Part shown: positions 19,353 through 29,170 of the stretch, piece by piece
How the letters are laid out: the number at the start of each line of letters is the position of its first letter
Numbering within the stretch: position 1 is the stretch's first letter
Source: an uncultured Bacteroidales bacterium
GTDB lineage: Bacteria > Bacteroidota > Bacteroidia > Bacteroidales > UBA10428
Length of the DNA: 64,000 nt
Direction of reading: 5' to 3'
Assembly (NCBI GenBank): GCA_964634105.1
Contig: CAZWIU010000007.1
Coordinates: 2,051-66,050 of the forward strand
Translations under genes and position numbers: made by a program
Notes under the pieces: model-generated
Told to the model about the DNA's origin: nothing
Databases searched by the model: none
What the model saw: the letters and a program-made list of their open reading frames with translations, nothing else

Positions 19353-21149
19353 ATGACAAAAATTATTCAGCCTCTGAAACTTAGTGAAAAGATCGGTTAC
19401 GGCTTTGGCGATGCAGCTTCTTCCATGTTCTGGAAACTGTTTGGTATGTATATCATGTTTTTCTATACTGATGTCTTCGGAATATCGGCTGCCGTAGTCG
19501 GTACTATGTTTTTAATTACCCGCATCGGCGATGCTGCCTTTGACCCGCTGGTCGGTATTCTGGGCGACCGGACCAATACGCGCTGGGGTAAGTTCAGGCC
19601 TTACCTGCTGTGGATGGCAGTGCCCTTTGGAATCATAGGAGTACTTACATTTACTACCCCTTCGCTTGGTACAAGCGGCAAGATAGTTTATGCATACATA
19701 ACCTATTCTTTTATGATGATCATTTATTCCATGATCAACGTGCCGTATGCTTCATTGATGGGAGTAATGACAGATGACAGTAAACAAAGGACCACACTGG
19801 CCACCTATCGTTTTATCTTTGCCTTTGGAGGCAGCTTCCTGGTGTTAGGCTTGTTTCAACCTTTATTCGACGGATTTGGTACACGAACGTTCAATCAGTT
19901 TTCAAACCCGGTTTCAAAACAGGTTGTTGACACAATAAATAAGACCAGCGAAAATATATTTATCTGGGAGGGCACACTTGATAATTCAGTGCCTGAGAAT
20001 CCGGTCGATTCCTTATTATTCCTGACAGCAAAAGTGAATACCGGATCAAAGGAAGCCTTTAGCCTGGGGATTTATAATTCAACCACCAGCCAGTTTTACG
20101 GCTTTGATTTCCCTGCCGGGAAGGATACCTTAGGTTTACTGAGAACCGGTGCAACTAGCGATGTGAAAATAAAACTGGAGAGAATAGTTCCGGTAGACAA
20201 CATAACCGACCTGGCAGATTGGGATTTTGCCTGTAGAGGTTGCAGTGCAGGTACTGTGAAGATCCGGAAAATAGCACTGAAAGAGATCGATTACCGGTCG
20301 GGAACACAAAAAGCAGTGATTGTTATAGCGCTCCTGGCTGTTATTTTTTTCCTGTTAACATTTGCGCTGACAAAAGAAAAAGTTAAACCAACAGTGGTTA
20401 AGACCTCGCTGAGAGACGATCTGAAGGACCTTGGAAAGAATGGACCGTGGTTTATTCTGCTGGGAGCCGGTATTTCGACGATATTCTTTAATACCATACG
20501 CGATGGAGCCGCTGTATACTATTTCCTATATTACTTCAAAGGACTAAACAATATAGAAATCAGTTCGTCGACGATTATTGCGATCAGCACTATTTACCTG
20601 CTATTAGGCCAGGCAGCCAATATTGTAGGCGTTGTGCTTGCAAAACCCGTATCCGATAAAATAGGGAAGAAAAACACCTTCCTTATAGCCATGATAAATG
20701 CTGCTATCCTTAGTTTTATCTTTTTCTTTTTAGACAGGAGCAATATGACCATGATCCTGATCTTCCAGTTCCTGATAAGTGTCAATGCCGGAATCATATT
20801 TCCGCTGGTATGGTCGATGTATGCCGATACGGCCGATTATTCAGAATGGAAACATGGTCGCCGTGCAACAGGACTGGTATTCTCGGCTGCTTCCATGTCA
20901 CAAAAATTCGGTGCATCCATCGGGATCGCTATGGTTGGCTGGATATTAGCACTGTATGGTTATGAGGCCAATATAGAACAAACCGAAGCTACGCAGAACG
21001 GCATACGGATGATGCTAAGCATATATCCGGCACTCGGAGCATTGCTTGCAGCCGGCTTCATGGCTATCTATCCGCTGAAGGAATCGGTGCTTGAAAAGAT
21101 AAGTGTTGAGCTGGCGGCCTTCCGTGCTTCAGGAAAAGATAAAAAATAG
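19353..21149 (+). CDS. glycoside-pentoside-hexuronide (GPH)/MelB-family cation symporter with a large loop insertion
   Basis: GPH N-terminus SEKIGYGFGDAASSMFW...FYTDVFGISAAVVG...DPLVGILGDRTNTRWGKFRPYL. It is 598 aa. About 145 non-hydrophobic residues lie between the 5th and 6th hydrophobic segments. Confidence 0.8.
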   Translation: MTKIIQPLKLSEKIGYGFGDAASSMFWKLFGMYIMFFYTDVFGISAAVVGTMFLITRIGDAAFDPLVGILGDRTNTRWGKFRPYLLWMAVPFGIIGVLTFTTPSLGTSGKIVYAYITYSFMMIIYSMINVPYASLMGVMTDDSKQRTTLATYRFIFAFGGSFLVLGLFQPLFDGFGTRTFNQFSNPVSKQVVDTINKTSENIFIWEGTLDNSVPENPVDSLLFLTAKVNTGSKEAFSLGIYNSTTSQFYGFDFPAGKDTLGLLRTGATSDVKIKLERIVPVDNITDLADWDFACRGCSAGTVKIRKIALKEIDYRSGTQKAVIVIALLAVIFFLLTFALTKEKVKPTVVKTSLRDDLKDLGKNGPWFILLGAGISTIFFNTIRDGAAVYYFLYYFKGLNNIEISSSTIIAISTIYLLLGQAANIVGVVLAKPVSDKIGKKNTFLIAMINAAILSFIFFFLDRSNMTMILIFQFLISVNAGIIFPLVWSMYADTADYSEWKHGRRATGLVFSAASMSQKFGASIGIAMVGWILALYGYEANIEQTEATQNGIRMMLSIYPALGALLAAGFMAIYPLKESVLEKISVELAAFRASGKDKK

Positions 21150-21424
21150 GTACCTGCTATTATTACAGATATTCAGGATGTAACAGCACATTGCTGCTGA
21201 TTATTGTCATTTTCATTACTGTGGAATGTAAAGTTATGTCCCGGTACCCTCCAAAGTTAATTAAGGATTGTGAATACAAATGCTTATTGCAGTCCAGATG
21301 AGAAATAAGAGACAGTATCGGTTTACTGCAACCCTGATACAAGCTATTCCTCTTTAAATCAATCTGACAATCTCATCTTTTATTTCTTTCAACAGAATCG
21401 CCAAGAGTAATGAACCGAAAATTC

Positions 21425-21432
21425 TATCTTTG
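21425..21432 (+). promoter_or_regulatory. candidate -7 promoter box for surE
   Basis: TATCTTTG lies 36 nt upstream of the ATG at 21468. Confidence 0.35.
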
Positions 21433-21467
21433 CACCAACAACTTAAATTTAGCGATTAATAGTGCAA

Positions 21468-22235
21468 ATGAAGAAAGAACCCTTAATTCTGGTAACCAAC
21501 GATGATGGATTTACTGCCAAAGGAATTGTTTCCCTGGTCGAGGCTGTTGCATCGCTGGGTGAAGTTATTGTTGTAGCCCCAAACGAACCCCAATCGGGAA
21601 TGTCGCAGGCCATTACGGTGAAACATCCGTTGCGCGTTAAAAAGTCGAAGTTGAATGGTTGCCCCGCTTATTCTGTAAACGGAACTCCTACCGATTGTGT
21701 GAAACTAGCTTTTAACCAGCTTCTACCCCGTAAACCCGACCTGCTGGTCTCGGGTATCAATCATGGCTCGAACAGTTCAGCCAGTGTTCATTATTCCGGA
21801 ACATTGGGAGCAGCGCTTGAAGGCTCGATTAACGGTATTGCCTCAATCGGTTTTTCTCTCATCAGCTTTGATCCTGATGCCAATTTCGATGCTGCCAGGA
21901 AGTATGCAAAACGTATTTCTGCCAGCGTACTGGAAAACGGATTGCCAAAATATACATGTCTTAACGTGAACATTCCCTATTTACCGGAAAATGAACTGAA
22001 AGGAATACGGGTATGCCGGCAAACCATCGGATACTGGCAGGAAGAATTTGACCAGCGTGTTGATCCGTCAGGCCATGACTATTATTGGCTGACGGGTGAA
22101 TATTTCAATACCGAACCTGAAGCGACCGATACTGATGAATGGGCCATAAAAAATAACTATATTGCAGTAGTTCCGCTGCGAATCGACCTGACATGCTATT
22201 CGACCATGGAAATCATTAAAACCTGGAAATTCTGA
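21468..22235 (+). CDS. surE: 5'/3'-nucleotidase SurE
   Basis: MKKEPLILVTNDDGFTAKGI...SGINHGSN is the SurE signature. I prefer the ATG at 21468 over the GTG at 21462 used by the track. Confidence 0.9.
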   Translation: MKKEPLILVTNDDGFTAKGIVSLVEAVASLGEVIVVAPNEPQSGMSQAITVKHPLRVKKSKLNGCPAYSVNGTPTDCVKLAFNQLLPRKPDLLVSGINHGSNSSASVHYSGTLGAALEGSINGIASIGFSLISFDPDANFDAARKYAKRISASVLENGLPKYTCLNVNIPYLPENELKGIRVCRQTIGYWQEEFDQRVDPSGHDYYWLTGEYFNTEPEATDTDEWAIKNNYIAVVPLRIDLTCYSTMEIIKTWKF

Positions 22236-22528
22236 TGTGGAAAAAACTTGATAATTTCATCGTGGGGATTATTGCAGGAGTAATAATCCCTGTTGTCCTA
22301 TACCTGATTTTTGTATATCCGAGGATGAAACATTTTTCATTTATCGAAGGTTACTACCGCGATATCATTATAAAATTTTTACCCGTTTTCCTGAGCCGTT
22401 GTATATTTCCGAATGCATTGCTCTTCTTCCTGTTCATATGGAGGGATAAGCTAAGCATAGCCAAAGGTATCCTGTTAAGCACAGCAGTGCTGACAGCAGT
22501 ATTGTTATTCATAAGTTTTGTGCTATGA
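22235..22528 (+). CDS. small integral membrane protein, function unknown
   Basis: 97 aa with 3 hydrophobic segments. Its start overlaps the surE stop by 1 nt, in the conserved surE-lpxB spacer position. Confidence 0.5.
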   Translation: MWKKLDNFIVGIIAGVIIPVVLYLIFVYPRMKHFSFIEGYYRDIIIKFLPVFLSRCIFPNALLFFLFIWRDKLSIAKGILLSTAVLTAVLLFISFVL

Positions 22529-22574
22529 AAATACAAGCCTCCTGTTCTGTAATATTATGCATGAATTATAAAAT

Positions 22575-23687
22575 ATGAAGTACTACCTAATTGCAGGCGA
22601 AGCATCCGGCGACCTTCATGGAGGCAATCTTATAAAACAGCTGAAGAATCTCGATGGGCAAGCCCAGTTTCGTTGTTTTGGGGGTGATCTGATGGAACAA
22701 GCCGGCGGTCAGATTGCCCTGCACTACAGAATGATGTCATTCATAGGTATCTGGGAGGTGATTAAAAATCTGAAAACTATTAATAAAACCCTTGAATTCT
22801 GTAAGAAAGACTTGCTCGCTTATCGACCCGATGTGGTCATTCTGATCGATTATCCCGGCTTTAATTTGAAGATTGCTGAATATGCCAAAGAACAAGGATT
22901 CAGAACCGTTTACTATATAGCTCCCAAAGTATGGGCATCGAGGAAATCAAGGATAAAAAGAATCCGCAAGAGTGTCGACCGGCTCTATGTTATCTTACCC
23001 TTTGAAGAAGAATATTTTAACCGGCGCAATTGCCGGGCCGAATACCTTGGCAATCCTGTTAACGATGCAATCTCAGATTTCAAACCACAAATTGCTTCAG
23101 AATTCAGGGCAAAGAATCAGCTCGATGAGCGGCCGATTATTGCTCTCCTTGCAGGCAGCAGAAAGATGGAAATTAGTTTTTGCCTGCCCGAAATGCTTAA
23201 CGCTTGCAATAACTTTCCCGATTATCAGCTTGTGATTGCCGGAGCGCCATCGATTCCTGAGGCATACTACACCCAATTTACCAAAGGCTACCCTGTCAGA
23301 ATGGTCTATAACCAAACCTATGACCTGCTTTCGAATGCTGTCGCTGCTGTAGTAGTATCAGGCACTGCTACACTTGAGACTGCCCTGTTTAAGGTACCAC
23401 AGGTTGTACTTTACAAGCTGAGCACTCCTACCTATATTATTGGCCGTCCGTTCGTGCATATACGGTTTTTCTCGCTGGTAAATATTATTATGAACCGACA
23501 GGTTGTAAAGGAATTGCTGCAATTTCACCTGGCGAGGGACATAGGTAACGAACTACAACGTATCCTGAACGATAACGAATACAGGAATAATATGTTGAAC
23601 TCATACATAGAGCTTGCCGGGATCATGGGTAACCCCGGAACATCTATCCGTGTAGCGAAAAGTATTAATCAATTCTTAACTCAATAA
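22575..23687 (+). CDS. lpxB: lipid-A-disaccharide synthase
   Basis: MKYYLIAGEASGDLHGGNLIKQLK...SGTATLETALF is the LpxB pattern. Confidence 0.9.
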   Translation: MKYYLIAGEASGDLHGGNLIKQLKNLDGQAQFRCFGGDLMEQAGGQIALHYRMMSFIGIWEVIKNLKTINKTLEFCKKDLLAYRPDVVILIDYPGFNLKIAEYAKEQGFRTVYYIAPKVWASRKSRIKRIRKSVDRLYVILPFEEEYFNRRNCRAEYLGNPVNDAISDFKPQIASEFRAKNQLDERPIIALLAGSRKMEISFCLPEMLNACNNFPDYQLVIAGAPSIPEAYYTQFTKGYPVRMVYNQTYDLLSNAVAAVVVSGTATLETALFKVPQVVLYKLSTPTYIIGRPFVHIRFFSLVNIIMNRQVVKELLQFHLARDIGNELQRILNDNEYRNNMLNSYIELAGIMGNPGTSIRVAKSINQFLTQ

Positions 23688-23689
23688 TC

Positions 23690-24847
23690 ATGCTGCGAAC
23701 CGCTTTAGCCTTTCTGATTTGTATATATACCATAACCCTGGATGCTCAGAGTATAAGAGTATCAATACTGAACGACAAGGAAATCAACTCGTTTACCGTG
23801 CATATTAAACAGGGCCGTTATTTGCTGAAGCGAGGAAGTGAAATCATGGGAGAATATAAAAAAGGGGCAATATTCCATGTTACCCGTTTTGGAAATTCAA
23901 TTGAAGTAAGGGATAAACGAAATTTTATCGGCAATTTCCAGATGGTGGAATTTACCTGTCCGCTGAACGACGGGATTGTTGAAATTAAACCTGTAAATCC
24001 TGTTTCAGAAGTGAAAGAGTATGATGATAACCTGACAGTCACCACTCTAAATAACAAGCTGTTAATCATCAATAAACTCGATCTGGAGAAATATATCGCC
24101 GCAGTCCTTGAGGCCGAAGGAGGTAACCACGCACCGTTTGAATATTATAAAGCCCAGGCGGTGTTGGTCAGGACGTTTACAATAAAAAATCTTTATAAGC
24201 ATGCTGAAGAAGGTTTTGATCTGTGTGACGGAGTTCATTGCCAGGCTTATAAAGGAAGAAATTCACAAAACCCTGAAATACTTAAAGCAACCTTATCCTC
24301 GGCAGGTAAAGTTTTGCTTGATCAGGAGGGTATCCTGATCATGTCTCCTTTTCATAGTAACTGCGGAGGCATGACCGCTCCGGCAGGAGTTGTATGGCAA
24401 CAGGACCTTGAATACCTGAAATCGGTGAACGATCCGTTTTGTACTGCTTCATCCCAGGCTCTCTGGTCTGTATCGGTCGATAAGAAGGAATGGCTTAAAT
24501 TTATTACTTCCTATACAAAAAATAATATCGACTACCAGCGGTACAATTTTACTTTCGATACCCCTATGCGATCGAGGTCGATCCTGATCAACGGCATTGA
24601 ACTTAACCTGAGAGCAGTAAGAGAATATTTCAACCTGAAATCTGCCTATTTTTCAATTAAAGACGACGGGCAGACTGTTGTGTTCAATGGCAGGGGATAT
24701 GGACATGGTGTCGGGATGTGCCAGCAGGGAGCTATGGAAATGGCCCGTGTTGGCTACTCATGGCTGGATATTCTGCATTTCTATTTTCATAATGTAACAA
24801 TAGCCGACTACCGCGAGATGGAACTCAACCGGTATAAGGCGGAATGA
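23690..24847 (+). CDS. SpoIID/LytB domain-containing protein
   Basis: YKAQAVLVRTFTIKNLYKHAEEGFDLCDGVHCQAYKG...GHGVGMCQQGA matches the SpoIID family. Confidence 0.8.
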   Translation: MLRTALAFLICIYTITLDAQSIRVSILNDKEINSFTVHIKQGRYLLKRGSEIMGEYKKGAIFHVTRFGNSIEVRDKRNFIGNFQMVEFTCPLNDGIVEIKPVNPVSEVKEYDDNLTVTTLNNKLLIINKLDLEKYIAAVLEAEGGNHAPFEYYKAQAVLVRTFTIKNLYKHAEEGFDLCDGVHCQAYKGRNSQNPEILKATLSSAGKVLLDQEGILIMSPFHSNCGGMTAPAGVVWQQDLEYLKSVNDPFCTASSQALWSVSVDKKEWLKFITSYTKNNIDYQRYNFTFDTPMRSRSILINGIELNLRAVREYFNLKSAYFSIKDDGQTVVFNGRGYGHGVGMCQQGAMEMARVGYSWLDILHFYFHNVTIADYREMELNRYKAE

Positions 24848-24858
24848 TTGCGATACCT

Positions 24859-25100
24859 GTTGAATTGTTTAAGGTGTAACTGTTGAACTGGAAACTGTTA
24901 GTGAAAATGTTCAGAGGCTAATTCGTTGAAATGTTTAGGTATTCAGGTATGCCCTGGTTTCGCTCTGTATTTCCTGCAGTTAAACAGTAAAAGCCAGATC
25001 CCTCTTCAATTGCAAAATCTGCGAAGAAATCAGCGTTTTTCTGTGAGAAATAAAAAAGCCTGCAGATGATCACAGGATTATCCCCCGATTAAAGCAGGCA
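24859..25100. repeat. mosaic of short low-complexity repeat words (GTTGAAyTG, AATCwGCG, CTGCAGAT)
   Basis: gttgaattgtt (24859-24869), gttgaactg (24882-24890) and aaatctgcgaagaaatcagcg (about 25015-25035). Reverse-complement counterparts lie at 27078-27096. Confidence 0.4.
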
Positions 25101-25237
25101 TAAGCATTCAGAGGGTGGATTTTTAACTGTAGTAATATAGGAGAGTTCCCGTCCGGCTATTTTACTTTACTATCCTTCTGATTTTCGCCTCAATTAATAG
25201 ACCGTGTGAGCAGAATAATGTTTTTAACACCCGAAAA

Positions 25238-26503
25238 TCAGTTTGAATTAAACTTATCCAGGATATCTTTTACAGCATCCTTGTGAATAGTGAAACCCAT
25301 CATTTTCAGTTTGATATAATCCTCCCGAAAAAAATAATATCCAAAACGCGGATCTCCTTCACCTACATTGCGCGAACCGGAACCTGAATCTTTAATCAGA
25401 TACCAGTCTTTCCCGCTGTTTTTATAATTCTCCAGGATACCAATCAATTGGAGGCCGTGGTCATCGGTAGTAGTTTCATTTGAAAAACGGAACTGGCGGG
25501 CATCTTCATTGATGTATTCCCAGGGAATATCATAATCGGGGATCATGGCACAATTGGTTTTGCGGCTTATTCCGGATTCCGAAACATCGCCGCCGATACT
25601 AATAGAATACCCTTGCTTAATACCTTTTTTTATAATCTCCATGAATACATCGAGAGGGACATTATAATAATCTTTACTGTGCCACCAATTATCCGGTACT
25701 TTATATTCTACCTTCTGCCAATAGGGTTCCTGCTTATAGGAAAGTATTTCTACATAGTCATCGGGATTGAGTTTAAGGAAATCTTTCAGGTACGATTGGG
25801 GAGTGTAATTTTTCCCCTCTGACATAAAACTGGCAGGAGGTTCCCCCATATAATAATTCAATATGGATTCAATCGTTTCCAGTGCATAGTCTGTATTCCA
25901 TGCATTACTCACCTTCAGCGACTGCAAGAAGCTGTTCATCTCGTTGAACATTTGTTCATGTGAATGGAATTTCCTGTTATTCTTCAAGCCGGTATATTCC
26001 GAAAGAGGTACAGCTCCATATTTCTTAAATATCCTGGCCACTGCATTCCCCTCGGAACCATTATCGAAATTTGAATTACCGCGCTGTTCGATGAAACGGG
26101 TAGCTTTTTCAACAAACTCCCAATAAACCGTATATAATTCCGAAAGCTTCACTTTTTTCCCATAAAGCCGATATACTTCCGATTCGTATAATGCTATGGT
26201 TGAAAAGGACCAACAAGTACCCGTATTACCCTGGGATACAACAGGCTGCGTCCATACCGGATGATACAGCATGGGATCATTGGGCAGATCAATGCCCGAC
26301 TGGTCCATTTCAAATACAATCAACGGCTGTTCATTCAATTTATTCAACGAATCGTTGACCGTATTTATATCCTTTAAAATGGATTCATAAAAATACCCTT
26401 TTTCTTTATTAACGATTACTGCTTCCCCTTTATCTTTGTTTACCTGGGCGAAAACTGACAAGCCAGTAATGACGGCAATTATAGTTAACAGAAGTCGTTG
26501 CAT
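25238..26503 (-). CDS. C1-family cysteine peptidase (aminopeptidase C / bleomycin-hydrolase-like), secreted
   Basis: A signal peptide is present. The active-site Cys context is QGNTGTCWSFSTIALYESE. Length is 421 aa. Confidence 0.8.
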   Translation of the reverse strand: MQRLLLTIIAVITGLSVFAQVNKDKGEAVIVNKEKGYFYESILKDINTVNDSLNKLNEQPLIVFEMDQSGIDLPNDPMLYHPVWTQPVVSQGNTGTCWSFSTIALYESEVYRLYGKKVKLSELYTVYWEFVEKATRFIEQRGNSNFDNGSEGNAVARIFKKYGAVPLSEYTGLKNNRKFHSHEQMFNEMNSFLQSLKVSNAWNTDYALETIESILNYYMGEPPASFMSEGKNYTPQSYLKDFLKLNPDDYVEILSYKQEPYWQKVEYKVPDNWWHSKDYYNVPLDVFMEIIKKGIKQGYSISIGGDVSESGISRKTNCAMIPDYDIPWEYINEDARQFRFSNETTTDDHGLQLIGILENYKNSGKDWYLIKDSGSGSRNVGEGDPRFGYYFFREDYIKLKMMGFTIHKDAVKDILDKFNSN

Positions 26504-26879
26504 AATAGTGTATATTAATTGATTTAAGAAATTGTCTTAATGGGGCTATAAGGTAGAAAAAAAAGATGTAATCCATAGGTAGAAAATCATAAATATCAAT
26601 TTTCTGCAAATACTAATCATTGATCGCATCGCCGAAAATAATCCATTGTTTACCGAATCTCAACAGGAAAATCAACTCCACGGGCTTCGCCTGCTCCGAT
26701 AAAATAGTTGTCGTCTGGCTTTAGCTAAAGCTGGAGTTTTATGCTGACATAATCAACAGCGTAGAGTTAATGGATTCGATGAGCAAAATATTCTATGCAC
26801 TTTGCGCATAGGCGGGCAAGCATTTCATCTGTTTATGGATTCAGCGGATTAGTCTACTTAACTCGTTACGAAACTCCTC

Positions 26880-27100
26880 GCTGCTTTGGGTAACTTTACT
26901 CTATTATTATCAAATCAATATTTCGTACATAATTTTTCTGTACTCTGTACTTTATACTGATAGTCAACAGTTAATCGCTAACCGCCAATAGCCAAAAGCC
27001 AATGGCTAAGGGCCAAAAGTTTAATGCGTCTCCTCATCATCTATTCAATTACTCAGTTCATCGATTCACCAGGTAATCAGTTCAACAATTCAACAAATGA
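26880..27100. repeat. mosaic of short low-complexity repeat words (TACTcTGTACTTTA, CCAAAAGCC, CAGTTCAAC)
   Basis: tactctgtactttatact, ccaatagccaaaagccaatggctaagggccaaaag (26985-27019) and cagttcaacaattcaacaa (27078-27096). Confidence 0.4.
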
Positions 27101-27110
27101 CCGATTAACA

Positions 27111-27860
27111 TTAATAATCAACCCAGGGCAGCAACCTGCCGGAACCTGATATTGTATCGACGGTTATCTCCGGTGTGCCTGAGTAGTATATGTTTCCCTT
27201 GTTGTGAAGTTCTACTCTCAACGATTCGGTGGCAATGACAAATAAATCGGATAAGGAAGAATTATTTACCTGGTATATCCTTGCAGTCAACTCTTCCGTG
27301 TTAAATTTTGCTGTATAGTAGGCAGCTATCCAGAACCTGTCGCAGTTACCACGGAAGGTGTATAATCCTCCGGTTGTGGTGTTGTTATAAAATCCAAAAC
27401 GGGTCGAGTTCAGTTCAATATTAACCTCTGCCATCTTTCCCTGAACGGTCATATAATATAACGAATCCAACGGGTTCATACTTTCCACAAGGGATACTTC
27501 GAAAAGATCTATTTTATTCAAATGAGAGAAATGAACATAGGCCTTTATTTTTTCATAGCTGCGCAGGTAAAAACAACGGTTTGTGTTATCAAGCCATAGT
27601 ATACTGTCGGTATTGACAGCTGAAACATAATCAAGAACTTTGTCTCCCCCTTCGAATTCGACATAATAGGCTGTATCCTGGACAAGAATTATATGAAAGA
27701 TACCTTTAACATTCAAGTGATGAAAAAAACCTGTTTCGACATATTGACGTGTAGTTGAGCCTGTTCCATGAAGGCACGAGTCGGTTTCACATGCCAGTGG
27801 CAACAAACAGAGTATGGCCAGCAATATTGGCCAATAAATATTCTTGTTAAATCTGCCCAT
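27111..27860 (-). CDS. DUF2807-like (head GIN domain) exported protein
   Basis: A signal/lipobox (LLPLAC) is present. The pattern GTGSTTRQYVETGFFHHLNVKGIFHIILVQ...GNIYYSGTPEITVDTISGSGRL resembles DUF2807 beta-helix repeats. Confidence 0.55.
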   Translation of the reverse strand: MGRFNKNIYWPILLAILCLLPLACETDSCLHGTGSTTRQYVETGFFHHLNVKGIFHIILVQDTAYYVEFEGGDKVLDYVSAVNTDSILWLDNTNRCFYLRSYEKIKAYVHFSHLNKIDLFEVSLVESMNPLDSLYYMTVQGKMAEVNIELNSTRFGFYNNTTTGGLYTFRGNCDRFWIAAYYTAKFNTEELTARIYQVNNSSLSDLFVIATESLRVELHNKGNIYYSGTPEITVDTISGSGRLLPWVDY

Positions 27861-27871
27861 TTTCTTCTATA

Positions 27872-29011
27872 CTAAAACCTATATCCAATACCCCATTCAA
27901 CATAATCGGCAATAGCGTAATGCGATTTCAGCGAGACATTAAGCAATATATTGTCTGCGACCTCATAGCGTATTCCTACTCTTGAATATACCCTGGCATA
28001 TTTGTAATAATTTGCATGAATATATCCACCCACCTGGAGAACCACATTTAATTTCGAATACCGTATAATAAATCCTCCGTGCAATCCTGCCTGGTAAAGA
28101 TCAGCTGATGAGTAAGACCCACCTTCATCTGCCACCTTATTCGGCCCAAGTGATCTGTCGTAGAACAAATCGGTCCCGGCACATAAGGAATATTTCAATC
28201 CCAGCACGAATCGATAGTCGGCAACCAGCGATGAGATAAAATAATACCTGCCAGTCACCTGGTCGTCTGTTTTTGTCCCTCCCGACACAATAATTTCTGC
28301 ATGGTGTCTGGTAATCGTTGGTTTGTTGCTTTCCTTCATCTTCGGATACTTCTCAGGAATGAGTGTATAGGAATATCCCGCCGAAAATGTGCTGGTATTG
28401 ATCCCAAGGTTCGGTGTAGCAAGCTTGCCGTTGGAATAATGAGACATATTGAACCCGGCCATCAGTTCATGTTTTTCATTGAGCCTGTATTTTACATTCA
28501 GGTTAAAACATCCATATACATTTAATCCCGAACTGATCGCCATATTCAGCGGGTTTTCATCGACGTCAAAAACCCTGTCGAGATACGATAACCCTAAATT
28601 AAGCTGATACCCTGCCTTAAATTTTTTACATCGTGAACAAAAGGGAATATCCATAAATAAAAAGAGCGCATGTGCATGGCCAAAAACATGGCTATTGCCC
28701 AGGGTGGAGAACGAATAACCGGCACCAAATACCGGATACCGGAAGGCTTTATCCCATACACTCCGGCCATAGGTGTTAGTGCTCAAAGTCAGTTGAAATC
28801 GCTCTATATTACTTTTTAATGCATACTGTATACTCTCGCTGTGAGGGAGTACCGACCCGTAGTGTATTTCGGCACCAATTTGCAGGTTATTTACAAGTGA
28901 AAGCGTATCGTGAGCACAAACGAAAGAAGATGAAAAAATAATACCTGTAAGTATAACATACTGAACGTAACGGGTTGATTTTATTCGTTGAATGAGCTGA
29001 TAAAAACGCAT
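27872..29011 (-). CDS. acyloxyacyl hydrolase (PagL-like lipid A deacylase family) outer-membrane protein
   Basis: GAEIHYGSVLPHSESI...YPVFGAGYSFSTLGNSHVFGHAHALFLFMD is the family pattern, and the protein ends in an aromatic residue (GIGYRF). I place the start at M29 (ATG complement at 29009-29011), just ahead of the signal peptide. Confidence 0.65.
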   Translation of the reverse strand: MRFYQLIQRIKSTRYVQYVILTGIIFSSSFVCAHDTLSLVNNLQIGAEIHYGSVLPHSESIQYALKSNIERFQLTLSTNTYGRSVWDKAFRYPVFGAGYSFSTLGNSHVFGHAHALFLFMDIPFCSRCKKFKAGYQLNLGLSYLDRVFDVDENPLNMAISSGLNVYGCFNLNVKYRLNEKHELMAGFNMSHYSNGKLATPNLGINTSTFSAGYSYTLIPEKYPKMKESNKPTITRHHAEIIVSGGTKTDDQVTGRYYFISSLVADYRFVLGLKYSLCAGTDLFYDRSLGPNKVADEGGSYSSADLYQAGLHGGFIIRYSKLNVVLQVGGYIHANYYKYARVYSRVGIRYEVADNILLNVSLKSHYAIADYVEWGIGYRF

Positions 29012-29170
29012 AGTATCAGAATGAAACAAGGTAGTTAGGGTTCGTCCGGTAATATTACAATTTCCGCTGTAAAAAAAATAATGTATTTTTAGCATCGTTT
29101 TACTGTTCTGTTACAAAAGAAAATTTTTATTGACGATAATTTTACTAATCTTCAAGCATTAATTTCAGGG

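Noticed and set aside
26985-27019. ccaatagccaaaagccaatggctaagggccaaaag and neighbouring periodic words, considered as a possible CRISPR or tandem array.
   Set aside because: The units are short (about 8-10 nt), degenerate and lack spacers of regular length. No cas genes are present. This is low-complexity repeat debris, not a CRISPR array.
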